From the IMG/VR virus record IMGVR_UViG_3300028048_001599: a DNA stretch of 64,000 nucleotides; one strand, 5' to 3'. The DNA comes from a virus. Taxonomy: Duplodnaviria; Heunggongvirae; Uroviricota; Caudoviricetes. Below the pieces are notes generated by a model. It was not told where the DNA came from. It saw only the letters and a program-made list of their open reading frames with translations, and searched no databases. Below, one piece after another: positions 1 through 11,500 of this stretch (its first letter is position 1; every line of letters begins with the position of its first letter). A program made the translations under genes and the position numbers.

Positions 1-2
1 CC

Positions 3-1829
3 TTATTTGATTTTTATGGTATGGAAGGTTCTCAAGGTACTATTGCTCAGATGTTAGCAAATTATGGGGCGCAGAGCTTATCTGCTATGGTAAATCAGAG
101 TGGGTCAGATTTTGTAGTTCAAGGTAGTTCTCAGGCACTTACGGCTCTCGGTGCATTAAACAGTATTGCTGTAGTGTACTATCCCGATGAAAAGGACATG
201 ACAAAGATTAATACTGCTTTATGTACTGCAAACTGTAATTTATTCTCGACACTTACAGGTATGGGTGCAATTCAAGGGGTAACAAAAGGTGCTGAAGATA
301 GAAAGCTTAATACAACAATAAGTAGGCTTTCAATACCTACGATGAAATCGGTATCAGGAACAAAGGCAAATGTTTTTAAAGATATTTTATACGGAAACAA
401 GAATAAACAGTTGGTTTATTCTGGACCTCTGCTCAAGTTTGGTGATGTCGATTCTAACGTTATTGAGTTTTCATACACAAACTGTAATGGTATTCCGATT
501 GAATCTGCATTGTTTGTACCGTTGGTATTCTACTTTATTCTTGAAGATATTTTCTTTGATGTGTTTACTACCGATGGGCATAAAGGTATGACTTCAGCTG
601 CCATTGCTACTTCTGTTGAGAAGTCGAAGAAGTTATTGAAGTTGCTTGCAGATGATAAACGAACAACTAATGGGGTATGGAAATCACTTCCAGTTGCTCG
701 TGACCGCTCAATAACTCTTTCAGAAAATGTTCTGCGTAAAGTTTATGGTAAGGAAACCGATGAACTTGTTCAGAAGATTAATAGAATCAAGCCACAACTT
801 GGTTTTACTTTATCTCTGTTGAAGTTCTCATTCTATGATTTGCGTGGTGCTTATGACTCTTATGAGCCACAACGGATTGATCCATTAACATTTAGATGTT
901 TATCCGACTATTCAAAGAAACAGTTTACTGAGGATGTTGGCGTAATACGTTCAACATCGAAATATCCGAAGTTTGTTCTTGTAAGTATATACCGTGAAAG
1001 CGTAGATAATTTAATGACAAAGAAGATTGATGCACCTTCATTCTGGCAGACATTACACATCCCTGAAGATGTACTTGCAAATGCGAAATTTGGAGATGAG
1101 CATAAAAAATATGTTTATGGTGCATTTAAGTTCACTTCTTCCGATTTATATATGTTGATGTCAAAGAACGCTGCAATATTTGGTGATATTGATGGTCGTG
1201 CAAAACAGCGTTTAGCACAATTTAATATGAGCAACTTTAAAAGAGTAAAGATATCACTTTCAGAAGATTGTACTAAGCGTCTTGTAGAAGTAAAGAAGGC
1301 TCTTAACGCAGGCGTATGTTTTGTAGATTATCAAAACAAAAAAGGTGGGGTAAATAGACATACTCTCACCACCAATGAAACAATCATTAAAAAGATATAC
1401 GGTGATGACTATGTAGGAAAATACGGTTCATTGAAGAAACGTATTGAAACTATGCGTTACGGTATTGAAAATGCAAAATCTCTCGCAGATATCAACTACT
1501 ATATCAATAAAACAGGCATAATGGATTTAGCAGGTATTGAGGTTAAAGATAAGTACGGTAAAGTAATCGGAACTAATCCGAATTTCCCAGTGATATCTGA
1601 GGATTTTGAAGCATACAAACGTGAGTTGAATAGTTACCTTGATAATCTTTGTGGTCAATCAGGGGTATCTCGTTCAAAACCTGATGATATTCCACCTGAA
1701 AAACAAACAGTATTCGGGGTATCTCTTGCTGCAACACCTAAAAACAAATCCGCCGACATCGAGGGTAGTAAGGATTTTTATTCGTTCCTTGAAATCGGAG
1801 GCATAGTTGGTTTGTATGTATTACGTTAA
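3..1829 (+). CDS. Large hypothetical protein, probably 5'-truncated by the window edge
   Basis: The ORF-track start is 21, but the frame is open from position 3 and there is no RBS before the ATG at 21. No recognisable motif. Confidence 0.75.
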   Translation, partial: LFDFYGMEGSQGTIAQMLANYGAQSLSAMVNQSGSDFVVQGSSQALTALGALNSIAVVYYPDEKDMTKINTALCTANCNLFSTLTGMGAIQGVTKGAEDRKLNTTISRLSIPTMKSVSGTKANVFKDILYGNKNKQLVYSGPLLKFGDVDSNVIEFSYTNCNGIPIESALFVPLVFYFILEDIFFDVFTTDGHKGMTSAAIATSVEKSKKLLKLLADDKRTTNGVWKSLPVARDRSITLSENVLRKVYGKETDELVQKINRIKPQLGFTLSLLKFSFYDLRGAYDSYEPQRIDPLTFRCLSDYSKKQFTEDVGVIRSTSKYPKFVLVSIYRESVDNLMTKKIDAPSFWQTLHIPEDVLANAKFGDEHKKYVYGAFKFTSSDLYMLMSKNAAIFGDIDGRAKQRLAQFNMSNFKRVKISLSEDCTKRLVEVKKALNAGVCFVDYQNKKGGVNRHTLTTNETIIKKIYGDDYVGKYGSLKKRIETMRYGIENAKSLADINYYINKTGIMDLAGIEVKDKYGKVIGTNPNFPVISEDFEAYKRELNSYLDNLCGQSGVSRSKPDDIPPEKQTVFGVSLAATPKNKSADIEGSKDFYSFLEIGGIVGLYVLR

Positions 1830-1863
1830 GTATAAGGACTTTCATTTGTGTCTTTCTCCTTTC

Positions 1864-1900
1864 TGGGCTTACCTTGTGATTTGGTAAGCCCATTTGTTTT
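1864..1900 (+). terminator. Intrinsic terminator
   Basis: Stem TGGGCTTACC/GGTAAGCCCA followed by a T-rich tract, downstream of the stop at 1829. Confidence 0.75.
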
Positions 1901-1974
1901 TTATTTTATAGAAATATTAAAAAAATATATAACTTATTGTTATAATATAGTAATAATGAAAGGTGGTAAAACCA

Positions 1975-3732
1975 ATGAAAAAATTTATAAGTTCAGCACT
2001 CGCAATATCAATGTTACTTGGGGTAGTTTCATTGACAGGTTGTCAAAAAGAACCTGACCCATTGGAGCCTGTTAAGTATAAGACTGTTCCAATGAAATAC
2101 AGTAATGAAATTGCTCAAAAATCAAGCGTGGATACTGTTGTACGTTATTTCTATCTTATAAACAACGGTAAATTTGAGGAAGCAAATAAAATGATTGATA
2201 GGACAGATTTGTCTATATGCACTCCTGAAATTCTTGAATCACTTTATTCAAGAGTTGAAAATTATCAGCTTGGTGATTATAACCGAATTGTAGATGTAAC
2301 CGTTGATGAAAATGTTGCTCATGTTACATTTATAAATCAAACTGATGACGACCATTCATTTGATGTATCATATGAGGAAGAAGAAATACCCGTATGGCTT
2401 GGTTCAACTACACCGTATGTTTCGGATGTGGGGTATGCATCGACTTACGAGATATCTGATTTGAATGAAGATGGGATAATTGATGAAACCGATATGATGT
2501 GGGAAGATAACCCAGAGTTAAATCCTGATTATGAACCGCCTGAGTCTGTTGAATCATCATTATCAAGTGGACAAACAACATCTTCTGGGGCAAGAGTACC
2601 TTATTACTCTACAGGTATTGTTGAAGCACAACCCATGGCTATTGATATAGAAGATATTAAGAAAACGAGTAACTCTGAAACTTCGGGTGACAAAAAATCA
2701 AGTGAGAGTTCTACGGGTGATAAAAAGGGTGAAAAATCTGAAGTTTCCAAAAACTCAGAGGGGTCTAATGTATCAAAAGATAGAAAGACAAGTAAGACAT
2801 CTAATGATAAAAATTCAAGTCAAGCATCGAATGATGAGGACTCAAAAAATTCATCTGTTTCAACTGCGGATAGTGAAGTAACTTCAAATGTAGAGCCATC
2901 AGAGGACGAAAATGGGCTTATTGATGGTATGCCCGCAGACATTTTTAAAGAAGAAACATTAACGGGGTATAAGACTTATACTATGGATATTAACATTAAT
3001 GTTGTTGATAACAATTATAAAGTAAAATTACCAGAATCAATGACAACTGACACTCGTTTAATGATAAAAGTTCCCGAAGATATGTACATCAAAGTAGGTG
3101 ATCTTGAGTTAGATAAAACAATGATGAACCTTGAGGACTTTTATGTAATCAATAAGTTACCAAAGGTTGAAAAATTTGATTTAACACTTGAAAACCTTAT
3201 TTTGGGTTCTTCTAAGAAAACAATAGACTTGACAGAGCGTGTATATTACATATATTCAAACCTTGTTCCTACAAGAGAAATGAAAGACGCAGTATTGGGG
3301 TATATAAAACCTGCGATGCAATCTTTATATAATAATATGCTAAAAGGTACTGACTTTTCAAGTTCTTCATTTGCAAAAGATTACGTATCAAACAATGGTA
3401 ATATAAAGGGCATTAAGTTATATTACGATATGTATATAAATAGTAATATTAACTCAACAGTAAATAAGTCATACGAGGTAATAAGTGCAAAATTTCCACC
3501 TACTGATGATGAAGAAAAAGACAATTATGAAGTAAAGGCTGACCAATTTAGAGTAACTTCATACTATTATGTCGATGTTCCTGTTATTCTTCAAGTTCGT
3601 TCTAATACAGAGGATGCTGGTGATAAAGAAATAACAATGACAGAGATTTGTGGTATGGTTAGGCTTACAAAGCAGGATGGTAAATGGTACATATGGGATA
3701 TTTCTAAAGAACTAATGTTGTCAGATTATTAA
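1975..3732 (+). CDS. Lipoprotein with a Ser/Lys-rich linker and a possible NTF2-like C-terminus
   Basis: RBS AAGGTGGT. Signal MKKFISSALAISMLLGVVSLTG-C with lipobox. EF-hand/dockerin-like loop DLNEDGIIDETD. Ends in LTKQDGKWYIWD, typical of NTF2-like folds. Confidence 0.8.
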   Translation: MKKFISSALAISMLLGVVSLTGCQKEPDPLEPVKYKTVPMKYSNEIAQKSSVDTVVRYFYLINNGKFEEANKMIDRTDLSICTPEILESLYSRVENYQLGDYNRIVDVTVDENVAHVTFINQTDDDHSFDVSYEEEEIPVWLGSTTPYVSDVGYASTYEISDLNEDGIIDETDMMWEDNPELNPDYEPPESVESSLSSGQTTSSGARVPYYSTGIVEAQPMAIDIEDIKKTSNSETSGDKKSSESSTGDKKGEKSEVSKNSEGSNVSKDRKTSKTSNDKNSSQASNDEDSKNSSVSTADSEVTSNVEPSEDENGLIDGMPADIFKEETLTGYKTYTMDININVVDNNYKVKLPESMTTDTRLMIKVPEDMYIKVGDLELDKTMMNLEDFYVINKLPKVEKFDLTLENLILGSSKKTIDLTERVYYIYSNLVPTREMKDAVLGYIKPAMQSLYNNMLKGTDFSSSSFAKDYVSNNGNIKGIKLYYDMYINSNINSTVNKSYEVISAKFPPTDDEEKDNYEVKADQFRVTSYYYVDVPVILQVRSNTEDAGDKEITMTEICGMVRLTKQDGKWYIWDISKELMLSDY

Positions 3733-3753
3733 TAAATAAGGAGGCAGGTATCG

Positions 3754-5139
3754 GTGGAGAAAGACTATGTTAATTTCTTGGAGAGTTGTTTAAACAAGTA
3801 TGATACCGACTCTTGGAATGGTGATGGACTTACAATATTAGATACTTTAGGTTCTTTATCAGAACCAGTTCGTAAAGGTAATATTCAAGTTTTTCGTAAT
3901 CAATCAATTGATATATTTGGTAATGACCGTTTAGTAGCAACACCCGACTCATTGGGGGTATCTGAAGAAGAATATGAATCACTAAAACAAAGTATGTCAT
4001 TTTTAATGGGATATGACCCCTGTTGTGGAGATGATACAAAATTAGAAATTGCTGACACTTCACAGTTTGATTCTTACTCAGAAAGAGACCTTGAGGAAGA
4101 ACCATATACAATTGAAGAAATGATGGAAGATGAATCTGAGTTTCCAAATACATATGAGGAATATGACGAGGACGATGAAGATGATGAAGATAGAGAAGAG
4201 TCCGATTATAACTTTTCTAATGATGAGGACGATGAAGATGATATTGTCGATGATGAAGACTTTTTAGATGTTGAAAGTACAGATGATGATTTTCCAGACA
4301 ACTATGAGGAACTCGATGACGATGACTTTGATGATTCTGATGATGACATCTCTGAGGATGAGGACTTTTTAGATGTTGAAGACACTGACGATGATTTTTC
4401 AGATAACTATGAGGAAATTGATGACGACAGTGAGGAATCTGAGGATAGTGAAGAATACGATGATACTGATGAATTTCCTGACAACTATGAGGAAATAGAC
4501 GAAGACGAGGAAGATGAAGATGACTTCGACTTCCCAGATGAGGACTACGAGGAATCCGATGATGAGGACTCGGAGGAAGATGAAGATGACTTCGACTTCC
4601 CAGATGAGGACTACGAGGAATCCGATGATGAGGAGGAAGAATTTGACGACTTTGATTTTCCAGATGAATACGAGGAGTTAGACGAAGAAGATGAGGAAGA
4701 GGACGATGACTTTAAGTCACCAGATGAGGACTATGAGGAATTGGATGATTTTGAGGATGAAGAGGATGAGGACTTTGATTTTCCTGACGAGGACTACGAG
4801 GAGTCTGATGATGACGAGGAGTCTGAGGAGGATGACGAGTTCAGGTCACCTGATGAAGACTTGGATGATTTTGAGGACGAAGATGACGAGGACGATATTC
4901 CTCGAAATCAACATTCCAGTGACTTAGGCGAATTTGATGGACGTCCACAAAATAATATTAATACAAACGGTTTAAATAGGAATACGGGTGGTATAAATTT
5001 ATCACCATCTCCTATAATTAATAAAGAAAGTAGTTCAGATAAATTAGCAAATAGTCTTGTAAAGGTTCTGAAAGTACCTGGGGCAACCAAAAGTTTCTTT
5101 GGTAGGTTTATTATTTCGGACGATGATACAGAAGATTGA
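3754..5139 (+). CDS. Hyper-acidic low-complexity protein with DF(D)FPDEDYEE repeats
   Basis: RBS GGAGG and GTG start. About 270 central residues are dominated by D/E with periodic F/Y/P. Confidence 0.8.
   Translation: MEKDYVNFLESCLNKYDTDSWNGDGLTILDTLGSLSEPVRKGNIQVFRNQSIDIFGNDRLVATPDSLGVSEEEYESLKQSMSFLMGYDPCCGDDTKLEIADTSQFDSYSERDLEEEPYTIEEMMEDESEFPNTYEEYDEDDEDDEDREESDYNFSNDEDDEDDIVDDEDFLDVESTDDDFPDNYEELDDDDFDDSDDDISEDEDFLDVEDTDDDFSDNYEEIDDDSEESEDSEEYDDTDEFPDNYEEIDEDEEDEDDFDFPDEDYEESDDEDSEEDEDDFDFPDEDYEESDDEEEEFDDFDFPDEYEELDEEDEEEDDDFKSPDEDYEELDDFEDEEDEDFDFPDEDYEESDDDEESEEDDEFRSPDEDLDDFEDEDDEDDIPRNQHSSDLGEFDGRPQNNINTNGLNRNTGGINLSPSPIINKESSSDKLANSLVKVLKVPGATKSFFGRFIISDDDTED
4140..4900 (+). repeat. 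Coding tandem repeats of the acidic protein
   Basis: Includes a near-exact duplication with 66-bp period starting GAGGAAGATGAAGATGACTTCGACTTCCCAGATGAGG at 4507 and 4573. Confidence 0.8.
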
Positions 5140-5200
5140 TAACTACATTCTTGGTACATAAACCAACAAAAAATAAATAAAAAGTAAAGGTGGATAACAA

Positions 5201-6193
5201 ATGTTTACAGCAAAAGAAATGTTCGGGGTAACTGTTAAGGGTGCCCTCGAAAAGCGTGTTCAGACAATTGACTTTAATGGTGCAGACGCTGACGGTGTTG
5301 TTGAGAAAACAAACGCTGTTATAGGTGAAAGTAGACTTATGGCAGATGTTCCGGATTACCTTTCTGTAATCACACTTCATTATGATACAGATGGTACTTC
5401 TGTTGATTCTGTTAAGCTTACTCTCAAAACTCGTGTAAGAGATGCAATTAATGACGACAATCTTAAGATTTCTACAATTATTCCTTATAATGATAGTTAT
5501 AAGGAGACACTTGTTAACTTTGTCGCAAGATGGGTTGACGGTTACTTTGTAGCATTTAAGGCTCAGTCTAATGCTGAAGCACTTAATGAAGTTATTGCTC
5601 CGCTTTGTGGAGAAATTAAGGTATCTTTCGCATACAGTGACCTTGTAATTGTTTCTATGACAAACGATTCTGTAGTTCTCGGTCTTTCCGCTGAGGCACT
5701 TGCATACGCTACTGAACTTGATATTTTTAGTTCTATTGCATATGTAAGTTCTAAGGCACGTGAGGTTCTTGGTGCTTCACTTCAGACTCTCACAACTCCG
5801 TATGAGGTACTTACAACAAAGAATCGTATTCTTAAACAGCTTGGTGTATATACAAGAGTTGGGGTATCAAAACTCCTTAAGAAAACATATAAGAAGAATA
5901 TCAGCACAGCTGCAGCAGCACTTGAAGCACTCAATGCTAAGAGGGCTAAGGAGTTCCCGAATACCGACCCGATTGTTGAGTCACCTGTTAGTAGATTTGA
6001 GTACACAGATGAAGCAGGTTCATTCTTTGGTCTTGTTAAGTGTGTCAAGTCTGAGGCAGTAAAGGAAGGTACACCTGTTGCACTTGACAAGGATGGTTAC
6101 TCATATATAATTATTCTGTCACCGTTCGATAAGAAGATGCAGGTTCTTTCTGATGAGGACACAGCAGTTCTTCTTGAGTCACAGATTGCATAA
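5201..6193 (+). CDS. Hypothetical protein with high-expression-type codon usage
   Basis: RBS AAGGTGGA. CTT/GTT/GCT/CGT-rich codons. Followed by a terminator. Confidence 0.8.
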   Translation: MFTAKEMFGVTVKGALEKRVQTIDFNGADADGVVEKTNAVIGESRLMADVPDYLSVITLHYDTDGTSVDSVKLTLKTRVRDAINDDNLKISTIIPYNDSYKETLVNFVARWVDGYFVAFKAQSNAEALNEVIAPLCGEIKVSFAYSDLVIVSMTNDSVVLGLSAEALAYATELDIFSSIAYVSSKAREVLGASLQTLTTPYEVLTTKNRILKQLGVYTRVGVSKLLKKTYKKNISTAAAALEALNAKRAKEFPNTDPIVESPVSRFEYTDEAGSFFGLVKCVKSEAVKEGTPVALDKDGYSYIIILSPFDKKMQVLSDEDTAVLLESQIA

Positions 6194-6221
6194 AAATAAA
6201 ATTCCTCATAAGTGGGGTATC

Positions 6222-6252
6222 AAGCACCACCTTTATTGGTGGTGCTTTTATT
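6222..6252 (+). terminator. Intrinsic terminator
   Basis: Stem AAGCACCACC/GGTGGTGCTT followed by T residues. Confidence 0.75.
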
Positions 6253-6276
6253 AGGTATAAGGTGGTGTTATAAAAA

Positions 6277-8139
6277 ATGGCTATTGATACTAATATTGAT
6301 TTTGATTTTGTTGATACTGAATATTCAGAAAAATCAAGTGTTTCAAATAATTGTTCTTATTACACAGTAAGGAGTGATAGAACTCATTCAATAGAAATGT
6401 ATAAATCCATGAGTAATATACTTGTATATAAAATACCATACGAAGTAATTAAAAATAAAACAATGGAATTAAAGATAGAGAATAGATTTATTGTTTACAT
6501 TTTATATGGAGAGAACAACTCAGGTAAACCTGTAATATATGTAGGAAAATCCAAGAATGGGGTATCAAATAGACCACAATCTCATGAAGATAAGTATAGT
6601 AATTGGTCAGTTTGTTACATTTTAACTTCTCAAGAATTACGTTCATTTTTTAATGATGGAACAATTCATTATATTGAGGATAAAGTAAAGATGAAAGTTA
6701 CCGAAACAAATCGGTTTATAAATACAACAGAAAAAACAACAAAAGGAACAGCAAATCGTAGAGATATGTTTAATTGCGATGAATACTTAAGAGAAGTATA
6801 TGATATGTTATATATTTTAGGGCTTGATTTAATTACAGTCGATAGTCTATCTGATACAAATGTATCATTTAAAAAAGATTCTTTGTATGATGAGATTTTA
6901 ACTAGTATTATGAACTATAATCAGGACTTTGTATCTATGAAGAAGCAAAAAGATAATATATCATATCATCTAATTTACTTTAATAAGAAAATTGTTTGTA
7001 AATTAGTTCAATACGATATTGATATTAGGGTTTATTTTACGATTGATAATAATGAATATTTTATTCCCATAAATGAAAATGTTAATGTACTTGAAAATAA
7101 AACAAAGTTTAACATAGAATTAGTATTAAATAATGAAGTCGATGTTGATTCACTTTATCATTTAATAGATACAGTAGTGTTGATAATTCAGGGTAAAACT
7201 GTAGATTTAGATTCATTATTACTATCGAAAAATAATAAACAATCGAGTGTTTCAGATTCTACAGTGGGATGTTTATCTGAATATTTAGTTGAAGCTACTA
7301 CTAACGATTCAATTGAAGCCAAATCAGGTAAATTGAAAACAATAGAACAAGGTTCAATTTTAAAAGTACCTGATAAAATAAAAAGTGTTTATAATATGGT
7401 TATAGCTTACTTGTATAATTTTCAACCTAATTTTGTATTTGTTGAGCGTTCTACTTTTGTAATTGTATACTACAAAGATTCAAAGTTATGTATAATAACT
7501 CCACGCTCGGATAAAATAAAGTTTAATTTTTACATACAAGAATCAGACATTGATGATAGATTCATGGATAGAATTAAGTTCATATTATTTGATGGTCGAA
7601 ATACTGCGGAAATAAACGTGAAATCCATGGTAGATTTACCACTACTTGATTATTGTTTACAAGTTACCGCAAGATTAGAGAACTTTATACAGCATAGTGG
7701 TATCGCTGATGGTAAACCGACATTTGTTTCCAATGTATTATTTGATAGGTCTGGGTCAAAATTTGAGTCGGTACCTGAGCACAAGCGTATGGCAATAAGA
7801 GATGGCGTAAAAGAACTTTATGATTTTGTTGTAACCTACATTATGGAATTATCAAGTAGTATAATGAAGGTCGAAAAACAAGTTTCAACCAATTTTTACT
7901 ATGACAAAATAAGCGTATGTTGTATTATAGCACAGTCAACACGTTTAAAAATGTACTTTGATATAAAATATTCAGATGTTCCTGAATCATTACTTACTGA
8001 TAGCATCAAAGACGTAGTTGGTATAGGTCATAACGGCACAGGTGATGTCATGCTAACCGTGGAAACGATGACAGATTTACCTGTGTTAAATGATTTATTA
8101 AAGATAAGTATAAGCAAGAATTGTGGGGTAGTACTTTAA
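6277..8139 (+). CDS. GIY-YIG nuclease-domain protein with C-terminal DUF5655-like repeats (putative restriction/defence nuclease)
   Basis: N-terminal IVYILYG...VIYVGKS...NRPQSH...W...IE pattern of GIY-YIG. C-terminal DVVGIGHNGTGDVMLTV resembles the DUF5655 GHWGTGD motif. Two weaker upstream copies of a similar unit. Confidence 0.65.
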   Translation: MAIDTNIDFDFVDTEYSEKSSVSNNCSYYTVRSDRTHSIEMYKSMSNILVYKIPYEVIKNKTMELKIENRFIVYILYGENNSGKPVIYVGKSKNGVSNRPQSHEDKYSNWSVCYILTSQELRSFFNDGTIHYIEDKVKMKVTETNRFINTTEKTTKGTANRRDMFNCDEYLREVYDMLYILGLDLITVDSLSDTNVSFKKDSLYDEILTSIMNYNQDFVSMKKQKDNISYHLIYFNKKIVCKLVQYDIDIRVYFTIDNNEYFIPINENVNVLENKTKFNIELVLNNEVDVDSLYHLIDTVVLIIQGKTVDLDSLLLSKNNKQSSVSDSTVGCLSEYLVEATTNDSIEAKSGKLKTIEQGSILKVPDKIKSVYNMVIAYLYNFQPNFVFVERSTFVIVYYKDSKLCIITPRSDKIKFNFYIQESDIDDRFMDRIKFILFDGRNTAEINVKSMVDLPLLDYCLQVTARLENFIQHSGIADGKPTFVSNVLFDRSGSKFESVPEHKRMAIRDGVKELYDFVVTYIMELSSSIMKVEKQVSTNFYYDKISVCCIIAQSTRLKMYFDIKYSDVPESLLTDSIKDVVGIGHNGTGDVMLTVETMTDLPVLNDLLKISISKNCGVVL

Positions 8140-8257
8140 TTATCATTTATGAAATATTATAAATTTGGTCACATTTAGTTTTCAATTTACTTAATTTATT
8201 TTATTGGAATTATTATGTGAAAATGACTACATTTAAATTCTGTAAAGGATGGTCTTT

Positions 8258-8434
8258 ATGTACATCAGAGCAATTCAGGGGGACGACTTCCGTTACCCTT
8301 GAAATACTCAGGTAGTTTTCGACACAGGTAATAAAGCCATTGTTTGTGGTGTTAGTTCAGCTGCAAGTTCTACCGAAAAAAGAGTTGGTAATGAATTGTA
8401 TGCTGAACGTACAATAGTATTAATAACTGATTGA
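8258..8434 (+). pseudogene. Small ORF interrupted by an in-frame TGA at 8300
   Basis: RBS AAAGGATGG, then MYIRAIQGDDFRYP*NTQVVFDTGNKAIVCGVSSAASSTEKRVGNELYAERTIVLITD*, followed by a terminator. Confidence 0.45.
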
Positions 8435-8465
8435 TAAATGATACTTGTTTATGTACTTAAAGATT

Positions 8466-8500
8466 ATATCCCGATATGAAAATATCGGGATATTTTTATT
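8466..8500 (+). terminator. Intrinsic terminator
   Basis: Perfect 12-bp stem ATATCCCGATAT-GAAA-ATATCGGGATAT plus T tract. Confidence 0.8.
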
Positions 8501-8526
8501 TATAATAGAAGTTAGACAATTCAGAG

Positions 8527-11500
8527 GTGTTCAAAGACATGAGTAAATTAATTAAGGACTTTATGGAAAAGTGGTCTACACGTGGTAGTGAAAAATCAGA
8601 GTCACAATCGTATTGGATTGAGTTATTACAAACATTGGGGGTACAGAAACCCACTAACTTTATTCAATTTGAGAAGACTGTTAAGGATGGTAGGAACACA
8701 ATTTATATTGATGGTTATATTCCAAAAACGAAGGTTCTAATTGAAATGAAGTCATCAACAATAAATCTTGACGATAAACTTGTACAGTCTAATGGGGACA
8801 AACTCACTCCATTTGAACAAGCACAGAAGTATATTGTGCATCTTCCTCGTTCAGAGCATCCACGTTATGTTGTAACATGTAATTTTAAGGAAATTCGTGT
8901 ATATGACATGGAGAATCCTAATAATGCACCAGTAAGTATATTTATCAACGAGTTGAATACACAGTCTTACCGTCTTTCATTTTTAATCAAAGAGGACAAT
9001 GTACACCTTGAGCGTCAGGTCAAGGTATCAAAGGAGGCTGTTCAGCTTATTTCTAAATTATACGATGCATTTTCGAAGCAATATAAGACGATTAACGAGG
9101 AGACATCAAGAAATCTCAATATTCTTTGTGTACGTATAGTATTTTGTTTATTTGCAGACGACAGTGGATTGTTTGAAAAGAACCAGTTCATCAACTTTAT
9201 TCAAAATAGCAACGTAGGTCTTGCGCGTCAAAACCTTATAAACTTATTTAAGGTACTTGATACAGATGAAAAAGACCGTGACCCGTATGACACATCAGGT
9301 ATAAATAGTTTTCCATACGTAAATGGTGGACTTTTCAAAGAAGTTATAACAATACCAACTATTACCGAGGACATGTTAGAAACCCTTGTCACAGTAGCTG
9401 AGTTTGACTGGTCACAGATTAGTCCTACGATATTCGGTTCTATTTTTGAGAGTACATTGTCTGCAAAGCGTAGACACGAAAATGGTATGCACTACACGTC
9501 GGTAGTCAACATTCATAAGGTAATTGACAATTTGTTCCTTGACGAGTTCTACGCTGAGTTTGACCGAATAAGGGGTATAGAGCGTAAGACACTTCGTAGT
9601 TTGGAGTTAAGGAAATTTCAGATGAAGCTTGCTACATACAAGTTTCTTGACCCTGCCTGTGGTTCAGGTAACTTCTTGACTGAAACTTATACATGTATTC
9701 GTAGACTTGAAAATGAAATTATACGTGAAATCCGTAAGTGTGACACATCACTTTTTCCATCCACCGAGTCACCTATTAAGGTCAACATTCATCAATTCTA
9801 TGGTATCGAGATAGATGATTTTGCAGTATCCGTAGCAAGAACAGCACTATGGATAGCTGAGGCACAAATGTTTGAAGAAACAAAGGACATTGGTTTTGAT
9901 ATTGACTTTTTCCCACTGAAGTCAAACAATAACATTGTAGAAGGTAACGCACTGCGTATTGATTGGGCGGAAGTCGTAGGAGGGGTAGACACATTAAATT
10001 ACATTATAGGTAACCCACCGTTCTTAGGTTCTAAGAAAATGTCAAAAGAGCAGCATAGTGAAGTTAATTCTATTTTTGATAAAAAAGAATGGAGCAGATC
10101 GGGAAATTTTGATTATGTACTTTGTTGGTTTAAGAAAGCTGTCGATATGATGTTAAAGAATAATAAGATAAAGGCGGCACTTGTAGCAACTAATTCAATA
10201 TGTCAAGGTGAGCCAGTAGGGACTTTTTGGAAAAGGGCAATAGGTTTAGGTATTAATATCAATTTTGCATATACATCATTTTTGTGGGATAACGGGGCAG
10301 ATTTGGAGGCGTCAGTTTTTGTTGTTATTGTAGGGTTTGATACTAATAATGAAAGTAACAAATATATAATAGACAGTAATGGTTTTGTTTCAGAAGCTAA
10401 CAACATAAGTCCATATTTAATAGATGCTGACGATGCAATAGTTGAAACTACAAATGTTCCATTATGTAATGTACCTAAGATGTCGTTTGGTTGTATGGCT
10501 TATGACGATGGATATTTGTCAAAAATCAGTGTAGAAGATAAAAAGGATATATGTAATAAATATCCTGAGTCAGAGAAATATTTTAGACGTATATTAAGTG
10601 GTTTAGAATATTTGCATAATAAGGAAAGATGGTGTTTATGGTTAGAAGATGTGGAAATTGATGAATTAAAAGGTATACCTCCCATATATGAGCGTGTGGA
10701 GAGTGTTAGAAGTTATAGATTAAGTAGTAAAAGCAAAGCAACATTTGAAGCAGCTCATACACCTACGTTATTTTTAATACGTAAGCAGCCAAGGAGTAAT
10801 TATTTAGCTGTTCCTATGGTGTCATCTGAGAAAAGAAAATATATACCAGTAGAGTATATGACAAATGATGAAATTGTATTAAATACGATTTATTATATTG
10901 AGGATGCACCAAAATGGTTATTTAGTATAATGACAGCTGACTTACATACAATTTGGGTTCACTTGGTATGTGCAAGGATGAAAAAAGATATTCATTATTC
11001 AAGCACAATATGTTATAATGCATTTCCATTTATCACACCAACACCTGAAGAAGAAAACAAACTTACAGAACTTGCAAATAACATATTACAAGCTCGTGCA
11101 AATCATCCTAATAAATCACTTGCAGACTTGTACGACCCTGAAAATATGCCTGACGACTTGCGTAAAGCACATAAAGAAAATGATATCTACGTGCGTAGTC
11201 TGTATGGTTTTAAACCCGACGATACAAAGGAGCACATTCTTGCAGGACTTCTCACTTGTTATAAAGCACTGTCTACAGGTCAAATTCCCGAAGGTTGGAT
11301 AAATGTTAAGAAAACAAACTTTGTCAATAAGGAACTTGAGAAACCTGTGACACGTGCAATTAGTATAATAAGTAAGGCTAAATCTATTGTAGACCATAGA
11401 ATATCTGAACTAAAACCTACAGATAATACATATGGTATGTTATCTTTTATATCGAATAAACTTAAAAACTTTTACAGTATTCTCACAACTGTAGATTTCA

